Shown: positions 37,152 through 46,589 of the stretch, one piece after another
How positions within the stretch are numbered: the stretch's first letter is position 1
Layout: every line of letters starts with the position of its first letter
Origin: Oscillospiraceae bacterium
Lineage (GTDB): Bacteria > Bacteroidota > Bacteroidia > Bacteroidales > WCHB1-69
Assembly (NCBI GenBank): GCA_963620035.1
Contig: CAVEXN010000004.1
Coordinates: forward strand, 13,979-77,978
Length of the DNA stretch: 64,000 nucleotides
Reading direction: 5' to 3'
Notes under the pieces: generated by a model
The model's database searches: none
Told to the model about the DNA's origin: nothing
What the model saw: the letters and a program-made list of their open reading frames with translations, nothing else
Translations under genes and position numbers: made by a program

Positions 37152-38456
37152 TTACGGCGCCATATTGAAATAATCCTCCAGCAGAGCGTCTTCAATCTGT
37201 CCCATCTGGACATTGATGTAATGTTTGATAAGGTATTTGTCTTTGCGGCTCTCCAAGATGCGTTTCAAGGCCTCGTTCACCTCCCCTATTGTCCCCACGC
37301 ACTCGAAAGGCTTATGGGTGGAGAAGCCCGCAAGCTCGTCAAAGACATGTTCCAATTCCGGATTGTCGAGCAAGTCTTCGCCGAAGATGTCAATCATCAC
37401 GGCATCGTCAACGAACGGCGAGAGGATGATGTAGGCGAAAAGACATTTTGAACACTTGCAGCACCACTTGTCCTCCTTGCTTCCGGCATTGCAGCTCTTG
37501 AAAGTGTGGAAATACTGTGGATAGTGTGCGAACTTCCCGGCAATCTGCAGTTCCGTGAACGGGCGGAGGTAACTGAAATAATGGTTGGAATTACCCATGA
37601 ACCGTTCAACATAGTTGCGGAAATCCTGCTCGAATTCCAGTGATTTGGAATACTGGTGGTTGATGTGCGTTCCTATGACCGTAGGCTCGTCAGCGCTGGC
37701 CTCGTTGGAGAGCGCCACGTCACGTATGCCTGTCACAGCAGAGACAAGTACAGAATAGAATGCCAACATAGCGGAAAAAGGCGTATGTCCGTTGAGGAAT
37801 CCCTCACCGTTGAGCCGTAACAGCAGCGGGTCGATGGTACGCTGCATCCTGATGACCTTCTCCGGAGCGTCAAATCCGGCAATGCGCGCGCACTCCAACG
37901 TGGTCCCTCTTGGGTTTATGATGAACGGCGCCACCTGACGCTGCCGTCCCAGTTCCTCGAGCGTAACCACCGAGTCTTTTCCGCCGCCTATCGGCACGAT
38001 TACATGGTTGCTTTCTTTCATCTTCGGATACGAGAACGACTCCGCCTTGGCGCTGCTCGCCCCGAAAGTGAAGTCCATAAACGTTCTGGCATCGCTCCGG
38101 ATGCCGTTCTTGTAGAAAAACTCGCCCAGGCCGTTCCAGTACAATTTGCGCCACCAGTCCTGCTGCTCCTCATTCAAACGGCAGGGCTTGATATGGACGA
38201 CAGGGCTGCATGTGCATTTCCAATAACTAATCAGTTCCATCAAGCCGATATGGAATACCATTCCATCAAGTTCGGACAAGTCAGCGGGGAATGCGGACCA
38301 GATGCCGGGGCTCAACACGGCACACGGTGAGAACTCAATCGTCTCTCCGATGTTGAAAAAGAACTTCAGGTGCAAGTCGTCGCCTATCCGTTTGTATTCG
38401 TATCCCTCGTAAGTGAAAACAGGATATCGGGTGCGTAATTCTTCAAATTTTGCCAT
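37152..38456 (-). CDS. uncharacterised PP-loop-like (SGGxDS-type) protein with C-terminal Cys cluster
   Basis: 434-aa ORF. 'VPIGGGKDS' lies at residues 154-162 (37971-37997). 'C-x9-CC-x-C-x2-C' lies at residues 322-337 (37446-37493). 'KPFECVGTIGE' is near the C-terminus. Confidence 0.75.
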   Translation of the reverse strand: MAKFEELRTRYPVFTYEGYEYKRIGDDLHLKFFFNIGETIEFSPCAVLSPGIWSAFPADLSELDGMVFHIGLMELISYWKCTCSPVVHIKPCRLNEEQQDWWRKLYWNGLGEFFYKNGIRSDARTFMDFTFGASSAKAESFSYPKMKESNHVIVPIGGGKDSVVTLEELGRQRQVAPFIINPRGTTLECARIAGFDAPEKVIRMQRTIDPLLLRLNGEGFLNGHTPFSAMLAFYSVLVSAVTGIRDVALSNEASADEPTVIGTHINHQYSKSLEFEQDFRNYVERFMGNSNHYFSYLRPFTELQIAGKFAHYPQYFHTFKSCNAGSKEDKWCCKCSKCLFAYIILSPFVDDAVMIDIFGEDLLDNPELEHVFDELAGFSTHKPFECVGTIGEVNEALKRILESRKDKYLIKHYINVQMGQIEDALLEDYFNMAP

Positions 38457-38484
38457 TGTTGTATTTGTTTGCTAAGTAATAGGA

Positions 38485-39234
38485 TCAGTCCGTGTCCTTG
38501 AGGCAGCGTACCGGGTATGCGGCCTCTTTAGGGGTGCAGTTTATTTCAACGGTGGCATTCGAAGCCGAGAAAAAATGGACCGGCGATGTTGCATCGCTAC
38601 CTTCAGAGGCTGTCCAGAATCCCGTGTTCGTTCCGAAACCGTCGTGCCCTTTCCAGAAGCAGCCTGACGGCAAGGCGCAGAAGCCGGAAGCATCATTGTT
38701 CTCGGGGGTATCTGCAATGCTGCAAGGCGTGAGCAGGTCAGACTGTCCGGAGCCCCAAACTTCGCGGGAGGCCAACGCTTTCGCCACATTGTTCACGTCT
38801 GAGCCACAGCGGTACTCGTCTCGGTAGCCCAGGAAGTCCTCCAGCGCCATCCATTCGAGATTGGATGGCAGGTGCCATCCGTCGGGGCAGATGCCTTGTA
38901 CGCCACTCGGGACATCCTCCGTCGCCCGGGCTCCGTTCACGGCTTCATTCCAAGTATAAAGCAGCCCGTATTTCAGCACGTTGGCCGGATTACCTCCCGG
39001 GAAACGATCTTCCCCTAAATGGCGAGTAAAGGCTGTCAACTCTGAGCCGTCCGGGGCATACGTCGTCCGCAGGTTGTCGCGCATCCAGCACTGCTGCCCC
39101 AACATGACCGTGCGGTAAAGATTTCCCTCGCTGTCTTTCACCTTTCCGCAATCCTGCAACTGCGCCGCAATGCGGTTGAGCGGAAACGCAAGCAGAAGCA
39201 AAGCGCAAAGAAGGTCGTTTCTCCCTATTCCCAT
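38485..39234 (-). CDS. FISUMP (Fibrobacter succinogenes major paralogous) domain secreted protein
   Basis: 249 aa. Signal peptide plus 'QCWMRDNL', 'YGLLYTWNEA' and 'ICPDGWHLPSNLEW' family motifs. The start overlaps the upstream gene by 10 nt. Confidence 0.8.
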   Translation of the reverse strand: MGIGRNDLLCALLLLAFPLNRIAAQLQDCGKVKDSEGNLYRTVMLGQQCWMRDNLRTTYAPDGSELTAFTRHLGEDRFPGGNPANVLKYGLLYTWNEAVNGARATEDVPSGVQGICPDGWHLPSNLEWMALEDFLGYRDEYRCGSDVNNVAKALASREVWGSGQSDLLTPCSIADTPENNDASGFCALPSGCFWKGHDGFGTNTGFWTASEGSDATSPVHFFSASNATVEINCTPKEAAYPVRCLKDTD

Positions 39235-40700
39235 CCGTCGAAAATTTCAGGTCCATAGACATTGTGTTCTCCTTTATGCTGGGGCAGCCAGACCTGTGCA
39301 AAGAACGGGCTGTGCCGGGCAAGGTCGTCATAGTCCCATGCGGGCGGCAGACAATCGGGACACCAGTGCCCGCCCAGCAGTATAAGTTTCGGCGAAGCCT
39401 CGAAGCGGTGCCCCTTGTGGCATTGCCACGTCAGTTTCTTTTCGGCGTCCCCGCCATATGAGTCAGACAGAAGCTTGCCGCCCCGGAACTCGGCCGCCCT
39501 CCGCAATTCGTCCAGTGAAAGTTCGGACAACGGCTTGTTCTCGTCGTAGCCATGGTCTATATGGACGGCCTGCCCGATACCGGGCGGTTCCGACAAGTCC
39601 ATATCGTTCCAGTCGGGAATATTGCGCCAGTTCTCTAAGTTGCCGTAATAGGCTTTGATGCGGTTCTGGTCGTTGTGCTTGATCCACCATTGTGTTCCCC
39701 ATTGTTTTTTGTTGGCCATAAGCGACATCACGGCTTTGATAAGGCCCGCCGGCACTATTTCCGCCATCTTGAAATAGCCGGGCAAGTCGCGGCTCATCCC
39801 CTCGAAATAGGTCTCGGCATCCTTATGGCGGCGAAAATGCAGGAAGTTTTCCAAGAGGTCTGCATCCAGATAATACTGTCCGTGGAAATTGCGCAACACA
39901 AACCAGTTTGCATTGAAAATCTTCTCGGGCGGCGGGCAATGTACGGCCTGGAGGATGAGGCGTTCGAACTTGTAGTTGGTCATCCGGAAGCCGGAGCCGC
40001 TGCTGATATTGTAGAAACGGTTCCAGAAACACTCGGGCACATCCTCGCCACACACATTGGCGAGCAGCCGGCCGGAGTCCTCCACGGTGGCCCATTCCAG
40101 CACTCCCCGGACGGGCACATGGAACATGATGGGGTCGAAGTTCTTGAGTATGCCGGGATAGAGTATGCCCGACTGCCGGAGGCTGACCCAATGTTTGAGC
40201 CCCGAGTCGGCAAAGATGCGTTCCGCCTTTATTTTGCTGATGCCGTAATGGTCATATACGCTGGCACAAACGGGGTCGCCGGTGCGTCCCCAATGCAACG
40301 GCGCGTTCCGGTCGGAAGTCTGTGCCACAGAGCCTATGTAAACCACCTTGATGTCGTCTGCGTTTGGCTGCGCCAAAACCGCATTTACGACGTTCTGCGC
40401 CGAGGTGACATTCACATACATGGTCTTTTTAGGATAATAGTCGGCAGACGGCGAAACCATACCGCCCACATGCAGCACATAGTCAGCCCCTTTGACACCG
40501 GCGAGCACATCTTCATACCGGGTCAGGTCGCCCCACACTATGTTAACCTTGTCTTTCACGGGTGCCAGTTTCTTGATATTCTTTTCGCTGCGGCGTGCAA
40601 GGACAGTCACGTCGTACAGGTCAGGCTTGCGGAGCAATTCCTGCAGCCCCGCCCACCCCATCACGCCGGTGGCGCCAGTAAGGAAAACGCGTTTTTTCAT
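39225..40700 (-). CDS. extended-SDR NAD(P)-dependent epimerase/dehydratase-like protein fused to a zinc-ribbon-like C-terminal domain
   Basis: 491 aa. 'VFLTGATGVMGWAG' Rossmann motif and 'YGISK' (YxxxK). The C-terminal ~100 aa carry 'WQCHKGHRFEASPKLILLGGHWCPDC' (C-x3-H...C-x2-C). Confidence 0.8.
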   Translation of the reverse strand: MKKRVFLTGATGVMGWAGLQELLRKPDLYDVTVLARRSEKNIKKLAPVKDKVNIVWGDLTRYEDVLAGVKGADYVLHVGGMVSPSADYYPKKTMYVNVTSAQNVVNAVLAQPNADDIKVVYIGSVAQTSDRNAPLHWGRTGDPVCASVYDHYGISKIKAERIFADSGLKHWVSLRQSGILYPGILKNFDPIMFHVPVRGVLEWATVEDSGRLLANVCGEDVPECFWNRFYNISSGSGFRMTNYKFERLILQAVHCPPPEKIFNANWFVLRNFHGQYYLDADLLENFLHFRRHKDAETYFEGMSRDLPGYFKMAEIVPAGLIKAVMSLMANKKQWGTQWWIKHNDQNRIKAYYGNLENWRNIPDWNDMDLSEPPGIGQAVHIDHGYDENKPLSELSLDELRRAAEFRGGKLLSDSYGGDAEKKLTWQCHKGHRFEASPKLILLGGHWCPDCLPPAWDYDDLARHSPFFAQVWLPQHKGEHNVYGPEIFDGWE

Positions 40701-40751
40701 TTTTTTTTCAAATTGTTCAACAAAAGGTCACAAGGGGGAAACCGCCTTTTT

Positions 40752-43658
40752 TCAGTAACCGAAGATGTCGGCGAGGGAGAGTTTCACGACACGTCCGAAG
40801 CGGGCCTGCACGGCCTCGAAGTCAACCTCGCCGTCGGCGGCCAGGATCATGTAGGTCTTCGGGTTGTTCTTGATATATTTGGCATTGAAGTCCCGGATAT
40901 CTTTCATCGTGAAGGCATCGATAAGGTTGTAGAAGTCGCGGCGGTAGTCATAGTCGATGCCCATCTTGCGGTTGCGCTGGTACATGTTGAGGATTGACAT
41001 TTTGGTGATGCGGTTGGCGGCGATGGAGGACTTTGCCCCCTCTCGGGCCAATTCGAATGCTGTTTCAGACACGGGCATATTGTTGAACAGGGAGTCGAAA
41101 GCCACGAGCGCATCAACGATCTTGTCGTTTTGCGTTGCTACATAAGAATAGTTGTACATGTATTTTGCGGTATCTTGGGGGCATACGAATCCGGATGTGG
41201 CGGAGTATGCCAACGAGCGTTTCTCACGCATCTCCTGGAACACGATGGCATTCATGCTGCCGCCGAAGTACTGGTTGTACATATTGATGACGGGCAACAG
41301 GGAAGCATCCATCATGCCGCTGCGCATAGAGGTGATGACACGCGACTGACGGGCGGGGTACGGGGCATAATAGACCACATTCTCCGTCGTAGCAAGCCGT
41401 TCGATTATCTTTTGCGGGGCTGGCGTGTGGTATGTTTTTGGAAGAATGTAGTTTTTCTTCAAGGCGGCTTTCAGTTTCTTCAATGAAGCCGGGCCATAAT
41501 AGAAGAATTCCGGTTTGCACTGAAGCAGCGCGCGGAAGACAGCCAACAGTTTCTCTCCGTCCATATTGCGGATCTGCTCTTCGGACAGTTGGTAATTGAC
41601 CAGTTCGGGGCCATATTCGGCATACGAGCGAAGGCAGTTCATCACGCTGTTCTGGCGGGTCTTGGCATCCTGACGGGTTTTGAGCGCGTCGTCAATCACA
41701 TGCCGCAGTCCATCGCCGGAAGGAATGGCGTTTGCAAACACCTCCATCATCAAGTCCAAAGCCTTGCCGAAATTCTCTGAAAGCCCGGAGAGCACAATCT
41801 CCGTTTCAACGTCCGAACAGCTGATGTAATAACTGCAGGCAAGCTGGTAGAAACGGGTCTTCACCTCTTCGGCGGTCATTTTCGGGGTGCCGAGGAAGTT
41901 GAGGTAACTGACGGCACAAGGCAAGTACAGGTCATTGAGTTCGCCGACAGTGAAGAGGATTTTGAGCGTGAAAGTGCCGTCTTCGTCATTGTGAATGTAG
42001 TTGACCGCCGCATCGCAGTAACTGTCAAAGGTGATTGACTGGTTGAAATCCACGAACACGGGCTCTATCGGCTTCACCTCGCGTTGTCTGACCTGCCTGA
42101 AGAAATCGGATTCTGCATCGCGGTTGAGTTGAATGGCGGTGATGGCGGGTTTCGGAACCTTGACGGTCTCGGAGGGCTCGCCCTGACGTTTGTAAACTAC
42201 CACATGGCTGCCCTCCTTGAAATGGCGTTTGGCAAAGCTGAGTATGTCTTCCTTCGTGATTTTGGTATAGAGTTCGATGCTTTGCGAGGCATAGTACCAG
42301 TCGATGTCGTTCTCGAATGCGTTGGCGAGCATAAAGGCCCGGGAGCGGTTGCTGCCCTGCTTCCTCATTTCACCGAGTCTCATGTTGTTGACGGCGGCCC
42401 GGAGAAGGTTCTCGTCAAACTTGCCTTGCTTGAGCAGTTCAATTTGCTCGAGCAGCAGGTCTTTGGCATCCTCCAGGGACTGGCCGGCATTGGGCCGCGC
42501 ATAGAGCACGTAAGCCGAATTGTCGCAGAGCACGTATGGGTAGGCAGAAGCCGAGGCGACAAGATGCTTCTGGTTGAGGTTCAAGTCGATGATGCCGCAT
42601 TTCCCGTTTGACAGCATGTTGTCGAGCATGCGCAGTATGTAGATGTCCTTGTGGTTCGCCGGAAGGTCCATCCTGAAAGCGACAGTAACAAACGGGGCTT
42701 CGTGCCCGACAACCTCACATTCGACGGGGCTCTCGATAGGAGTCTCTTTGCGTATGGAATAATGCGGAAGATCGTTGGCCTGCATTTTCCCGAAACAGCG
42801 GTCGATGACGGCTATGGCCTCGTCATAGTCAAAGTCGCCCGAAAGACAGACGGCCATATTGTTAGGCACATAATAAGTGGAAACGAAATTGCGGATATTG
42901 GTGATGGATGGGTTCTTGAGGTGTTCGGCGCGACCGAGCGTCGTCTGCTGACCGTAAGGGCTGTTAGGAAACAGTGCCTTGAGCATTGCCTCGTTGGCCT
43001 GGCGCGAGTCGTTGGCCAACGAGGTGTTCTTCTCTTCATATACCGTTTCCAGTTCGGTATGGAACAGGCGCAGCACGGGGTTCATGAAGCGTTCGGCCTG
43101 GATGACGGCCCAGTTCTCCAGTTGGTTGGAGGGGATATCCTCAATATAGACCGTATAGTCGTTCGACGTGGCAGCGTTGGTGCCTTGCGAACCGATGAAA
43201 CTCATCATCTTGTCATACTCGTTGGGTATGGCATAGCCGCTGGCCACATACGACAGGCTGTCGATGATACGGTAGATGCTGTCGCGCACCGCTTTGTCGG
43301 TCTGTATGCGATATACCTCGAATTCCCGTTCTATGCGGTCGAGCAGCGGCTTCTCCGCTTTCCAGTCGAGCGTTCCGAAACTTGGCGTGCCCTTGAACAT
43401 GAGGTGTTCGAGGTAGTGGGCCAGCCCTGTCGTTTCGGTGGGGTCGTTCTTGCTGCCCACGCGTACGGGAATCAGACACTGAATGCGGGGCGAGTCCTTG
43501 TAGACCGTCAGGAAAACCTTGAGCCCGTTGTCGAGGGTGTAAATGCGCGTATGCAGCGAATCGTGCGAATAGGACACATATTCGTAATTCTTTTGTGCAG
43601 AAAGCGTTGCGGCAAGCATGCAAAGCGCCGCCATCAGAAGTAACCGATATTTTCTCAT
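40752..43658 (-). CDS. M16 family (insulinase/pitrilysin-like) zinc peptidase, secreted
   Basis: 968 aa. Signal peptide and the inverted zincin motif 'HYLEHLMFKGT' (HxxEH). Tandem M16 halves. Confidence 0.9.
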   Translation of the reverse strand: MRKYRLLLMAALCMLAATLSAQKNYEYVSYSHDSLHTRIYTLDNGLKVFLTVYKDSPRIQCLIPVRVGSKNDPTETTGLAHYLEHLMFKGTPSFGTLDWKAEKPLLDRIEREFEVYRIQTDKAVRDSIYRIIDSLSYVASGYAIPNEYDKMMSFIGSQGTNAATSNDYTVYIEDIPSNQLENWAVIQAERFMNPVLRLFHTELETVYEEKNTSLANDSRQANEAMLKALFPNSPYGQQTTLGRAEHLKNPSITNIRNFVSTYYVPNNMAVCLSGDFDYDEAIAVIDRCFGKMQANDLPHYSIRKETPIESPVECEVVGHEAPFVTVAFRMDLPANHKDIYILRMLDNMLSNGKCGIIDLNLNQKHLVASASAYPYVLCDNSAYVLYARPNAGQSLEDAKDLLLEQIELLKQGKFDENLLRAAVNNMRLGEMRKQGSNRSRAFMLANAFENDIDWYYASQSIELYTKITKEDILSFAKRHFKEGSHVVVYKRQGEPSETVKVPKPAITAIQLNRDAESDFFRQVRQREVKPIEPVFVDFNQSITFDSYCDAAVNYIHNDEDGTFTLKILFTVGELNDLYLPCAVSYLNFLGTPKMTAEEVKTRFYQLACSYYISCSDVETEIVLSGLSENFGKALDLMMEVFANAIPSGDGLRHVIDDALKTRQDAKTRQNSVMNCLRSYAEYGPELVNYQLSEEQIRNMDGEKLLAVFRALLQCKPEFFYYGPASLKKLKAALKKNYILPKTYHTPAPQKIIERLATTENVVYYAPYPARQSRVITSMRSGMMDASLLPVINMYNQYFGGSMNAIVFQEMREKRSLAYSATSGFVCPQDTAKYMYNYSYVATQNDKIVDALVAFDSLFNNMPVSETAFELAREGAKSSIAANRITKMSILNMYQRNRKMGIDYDYRRDFYNLIDAFTMKDIRDFNAKYIKNNPKTYMILAADGEVDFEAVQARFGRVVKLSLADIFGY

Positions 43659-43707
43659 ACGTTATGTTAAATGTTAATAATCATTCTACGGCCGGGAAAC
43701 AAGACGG

Positions 43708-43715
43708 CAAAAATA
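43708..43715 (-). promoter_or_regulatory. candidate -7 promoter box (TAnnTTTG)
   Basis: The minus strand reads tatttttg, 50 nt upstream of the M16 start. Confidence 0.45.
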
Positions 43716-43816
43716 CAAAAAAGCCGCCAACTGTGGCTTTTTCCGCAACGTCCGCCATGTTTTCCGTGTCATAACGGCTGAGATGAAAAAAAGGAATCTC
43801 GATGCAGAAAAAAATG

Positions 43817-43824
43817 TACATTTG
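43817..43824 (+). promoter_or_regulatory. candidate -7 promoter box (TAnnTTTG)
   Basis: tacatttg, 23 nt upstream of the crt ATG at 43847. Confidence 0.45.
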
Positions 43825-43846
43825 CCAACTCAAAAATCAATCTGCA

Positions 43847-44623
43847 ATGGAATACAAATTCTTGAAAATCCAGAAGAGAGGCGCAATCTGCACATTAGCC
43901 ATTTCTGCGCCCAAGACATTGAACGCCCTGAACTCGTCCGTTCTGTCAGAAATGGACGAGTTCATCAGCAACATAGACGCAGACATCCACGTGCTCATCA
44001 TCACCGGCGACGGCGAGAAGAGTTTCGTGGCCGGGGCTGACATTTCCGAAATGCAGCATCTCAACGAAGAGGAGGGCGAACGTTTCGGCAAACTCGGGGC
44101 CTCTGTGTTCCGCAAGGTCGAGACGTTGCCTGTGCCGGTCATCGCTGCCGTCAACGGTTTCGCCTTGGGCGGCGGCTGCGAGCTGGCGCTGGCCTGCGAC
44201 ATCCGTATCGCGTCCAACAAAGCCAAATTCGGACAGCCGGAAGTGGGACTGGGCATCATCCCGGGCTTTTCCGGCACGCTCAGGCTGGCCAAGGCCGTCG
44301 GCATCGGGTATGCCAAGGAGATGATCTATTCCGGAAAGACAATCCGTGCCGACGAAGCCCTGCGCATCGGACTGGTCAATGCCGTATGCGAACCCGATGA
44401 ACTGATGGGCCACGTCATGGAACTGGCAGAGAAAATCGCATCTAACGCCCCGATTGCGGTGAAGTACGCCAAAAAGTGCATCAACGAAGAATACGATATG
44501 GCCGCGGACGAGGGCATCGCTTTCGAGAACAAGATGTTCGGGAAATGCTTCGCCACGGAAGACCAGAAAAACGGCATGTCCGCGTTCCTGTCCAAGTCAC
44601 AGACCGAATTCAAGAACAAGTAA
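43847..44623 (+). CDS. crt: enoyl-CoA hydratase (crotonase)
   Basis: 258 aa from MEYKFLKIQ. 'SFVAGADISEM' and 'AAVNGFALGGGCELALACD' crotonase-fold motifs. Confidence 0.9.
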   Translation: MEYKFLKIQKRGAICTLAISAPKTLNALNSSVLSEMDEFISNIDADIHVLIITGDGEKSFVAGADISEMQHLNEEEGERFGKLGASVFRKVETLPVPVIAAVNGFALGGGCELALACDIRIASNKAKFGQPEVGLGIIPGFSGTLRLAKAVGIGYAKEMIYSGKTIRADEALRIGLVNAVCEPDELMGHVMELAEKIASNAPIAVKYAKKCINEEYDMAADEGIAFENKMFGKCFATEDQKNGMSAFLSKSQTEFKNK

Positions 44624-44656
44624 AACCTCAATTCAACATTTAAATATATCCAGATT

Positions 44657-45493
44657 ATGAAAATTTGCGTTATTGGAACAGGAACAATGGCTAAAGGCAT
44701 CGTCAAGGCATTTGCCGCCAAGATGCCCGTAGTGATGAAAAGCAGAACACAGGCCGGCCTGGACAAGGCCATGGGTTCTTTCGTGAAGTCTTACGGAAAA
44801 CTGGTCGAAAAGGGCAAACTTACGCAGGATGCCGTTGATGCCATTCTGAAAAACATCACGACAACGACGGATTATGCCGCTTTTGCCGACGCCGACCTCG
44901 TCATCGAGGCGGCCGTCGAAGACATGCAACTAAAAAAAGACGTGTTCACCGAACTCGACGGCATCTGCAAACCCGAAACGATATTCGCGACGAACTCCTC
45001 CTCGCTGTCCATCACGGAAATCGCATCATGCACAAAACGCCCCGAGCGTTTCATCGGCATGCACTTCTTCAACCCTGCCGACAGGATGGCTCTTGTTGAG
45101 GTCATCAAAGGGCAGATGACCTCCGACGAGGTTTGCAACCTGATTGTTGACTTGGCCACTTCCATCGGCAAGACACCGGTGGCCGTCAACGAAGCCCCGG
45201 GATTTGTCGTGAACAGGATACTCATCCCGATGATCAACGAGGCTGTCGGAATCCTGGCCGACGGCATCGCCAGCGCTGAAGACATCGACAAGTGCATGAT
45301 GTTAGGGGCTAACCATCCTATGGGACCACTTGCACTGGCCGACCTTATCGGCAACGATGTCAACCTCGCCATCATGGAAGTACTCTACCACGAGTTCGGC
45401 GACCCCAAATACCGTCCACACCCGCTGCTCCGCAAGATGGTTCGCGCAGGTCTGCTGGGACGCAAGACCGGACAAGGCTTCTACAAGTACTGA
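44657..45493 (+). CDS. hbd: 3-hydroxybutyryl-CoA dehydrogenase
   Basis: 278 aa. '[15 protein letters not shown]' Rossmann motif, 'HFFNPA', and '[15 protein letters not shown]'. Confidence 0.92.
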   Translation: MKICVIGTGTMAKGIVKAFAAKMPVVMKSRTQAGLDKAMGSFVKSYGKLVEKGKLTQDAVDAILKNITTTTDYAAFADADLVIEAAVEDMQLKKDVFTELDGICKPETIFATNSSSLSITEIASCTKRPERFIGMHFFNPADRMALVEVIKGQMTSDEVCNLIVDLATSIGKTPVAVNEAPGFVVNRILIPMINEAVGILADGIASAEDIDKCMMLGANHPMGPLALADLIGNDVNLAIMEVLYHEFGDPKYRPHPLLRKMVRAGLLGRKTGQGFYKY

Positions 45494-45520
45494 AATCATC
45501 TTTTAAACCCCTTAACGGTT

Positions 45521-45554
45521 AAGAGGGCTGCCTATATAGGCAACCCTCTTTTTT
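45521..45554 (+). terminator. intrinsic terminator after hbd
   Basis: 12-bp stem with 1 mismatch (aagagggctgcc / ggcaaccctctt), a tatata loop, and a T6 run. Confidence 0.7.
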
Positions 45555-45590
45555 GTTATTATCATTCCCGGTATTCAGTCGTTCACGTTG

Positions 45591-46190
45591 TCACGAAGGA
45601 CTGTACACTTCGCAAGTCCGGTCGCTGAAGAAAAAGACAACGTGCACCAGATGACGGCCGGTCTGAGATTTCAATATTCGTTCTCGTTTTGGAATGAGGT
45701 CCGGAATGTGCGTTTCTCCAGAACGTCCGCGCCTTGAGATCCGTACGGTTTCCTCGACAATCGTATTGTCTGCCTGTTCTGCCGCCGAAACGCTCTTTAA
45801 CCTTGGATTGTCTATTTCTGCCGCAGAGACCGGGGATGCAGATGGTTTTTCATTTTCAGATGCTACGTCTTCTAAATCCGCAAACAGATCAGGCTGCAGA
45901 TGGTCCGCAGTTTTCGACGGTTGCTGCGTAATGTCAACGGTTGACGCCGTTGCAGGGGAACTGATGGCAGGCGACGGAACTTCACGAAACATCGCCCCCA
46001 GACCCATTATCAACCAATCGGAACTAATTTCAGGAAAGGCTTTCAAAATCTTCTTTGCCACATCAAGGCTAGGCTGATTGCGTCCGGTGAATATGTGGGT
46101 GACACTGGAACGGTTTACATTTATACTATCCGCAAATGCCGTAGGTGACATTTGTTTATATTTCATCACTTGTTTAATCCTGTCAATCAT
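45591..46190 (-). CDS. XRE-type helix-turn-helix domain protein
   Basis: N-terminal HTH 'MSPTAFADSINVNRSSVTHIFTGRNQPSLDVAKKIL', a low-complexity middle, and a conserved-looking C-terminus. Start taken at MIDRIKQ (46190). Confidence 0.8.
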   Translation of the reverse strand: MIDRIKQVMKYKQMSPTAFADSINVNRSSVTHIFTGRNQPSLDVAKKILKAFPEISSDWLIMGLGAMFREVPSPAISSPATASTVDITQQPSKTADHLQPDLFADLEDVASENEKPSASPVSAAEIDNPRLKSVSAAEQADNTIVEETVRISRRGRSGETHIPDLIPKRERILKSQTGRHLVHVVFFFSDRTCEVYSPS

Positions 46191-46246
46191 ACCGATTGTT
46201 AACATTTGTAACTAACGTGCGTAGCGTGTGTTTTTTCAAGAGTTGA

Positions 46247-46254
46247 CAAAAGTA
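46247..46254 (-). promoter_or_regulatory. candidate -7 promoter box (TAnnTTTG)
   Basis: The minus strand reads tacttttg, 57 nt upstream of the HTH gene start. Confidence 0.45.
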
Positions 46255-46589
46255 CAAATTATTTGCGCACGTTCAGTCGTTTTTTTTCATTGTTAATAAA
46301 ATCATCTTGCTAAACTTTAATTAGATAATATAAATAACACTATTTTAGCATTTTAATGTTAAATATGAAAACAAGTCAATATATTGTTGACAACATGACA
46401 TTTTATCTAAATCAATACTTGCGACAATACATATATTATTATTGGTTTTTAGTGTTTTAAAATAAAATATATTCATAATTGCTTTAGTTGGTCATGGCAA
46501 GTTTTGTTGTTGGTTTTCGACAATAGAAGGATAGGCGACATTGCTTCGGCAACGTGTCTTATTTCTACATCTGTAAATACACGTTTATT

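Noticed and set aside
40701-40751. A promoter or terminator separating the M16 peptidase gene from the four-gene operon.
   Set aside because: There is no exact TAnnTTTG match on the minus strand (nearest: accttttg, acaatttg). The only structure is a weak 6-bp aaaagg/cctttt stem with a 17-nt loop, which is not enough to call either feature.
46365-46460. 31-codon sORF in the AT-rich region as an independent protein-coding feature.
   Set aside because: Its Tyr/Phe/Ile/Asn-rich composition is what AT-rich DNA yields by chance. It has no nearby promoter box on that strand and no supporting evidence. It is mentioned only within the finding on this region.
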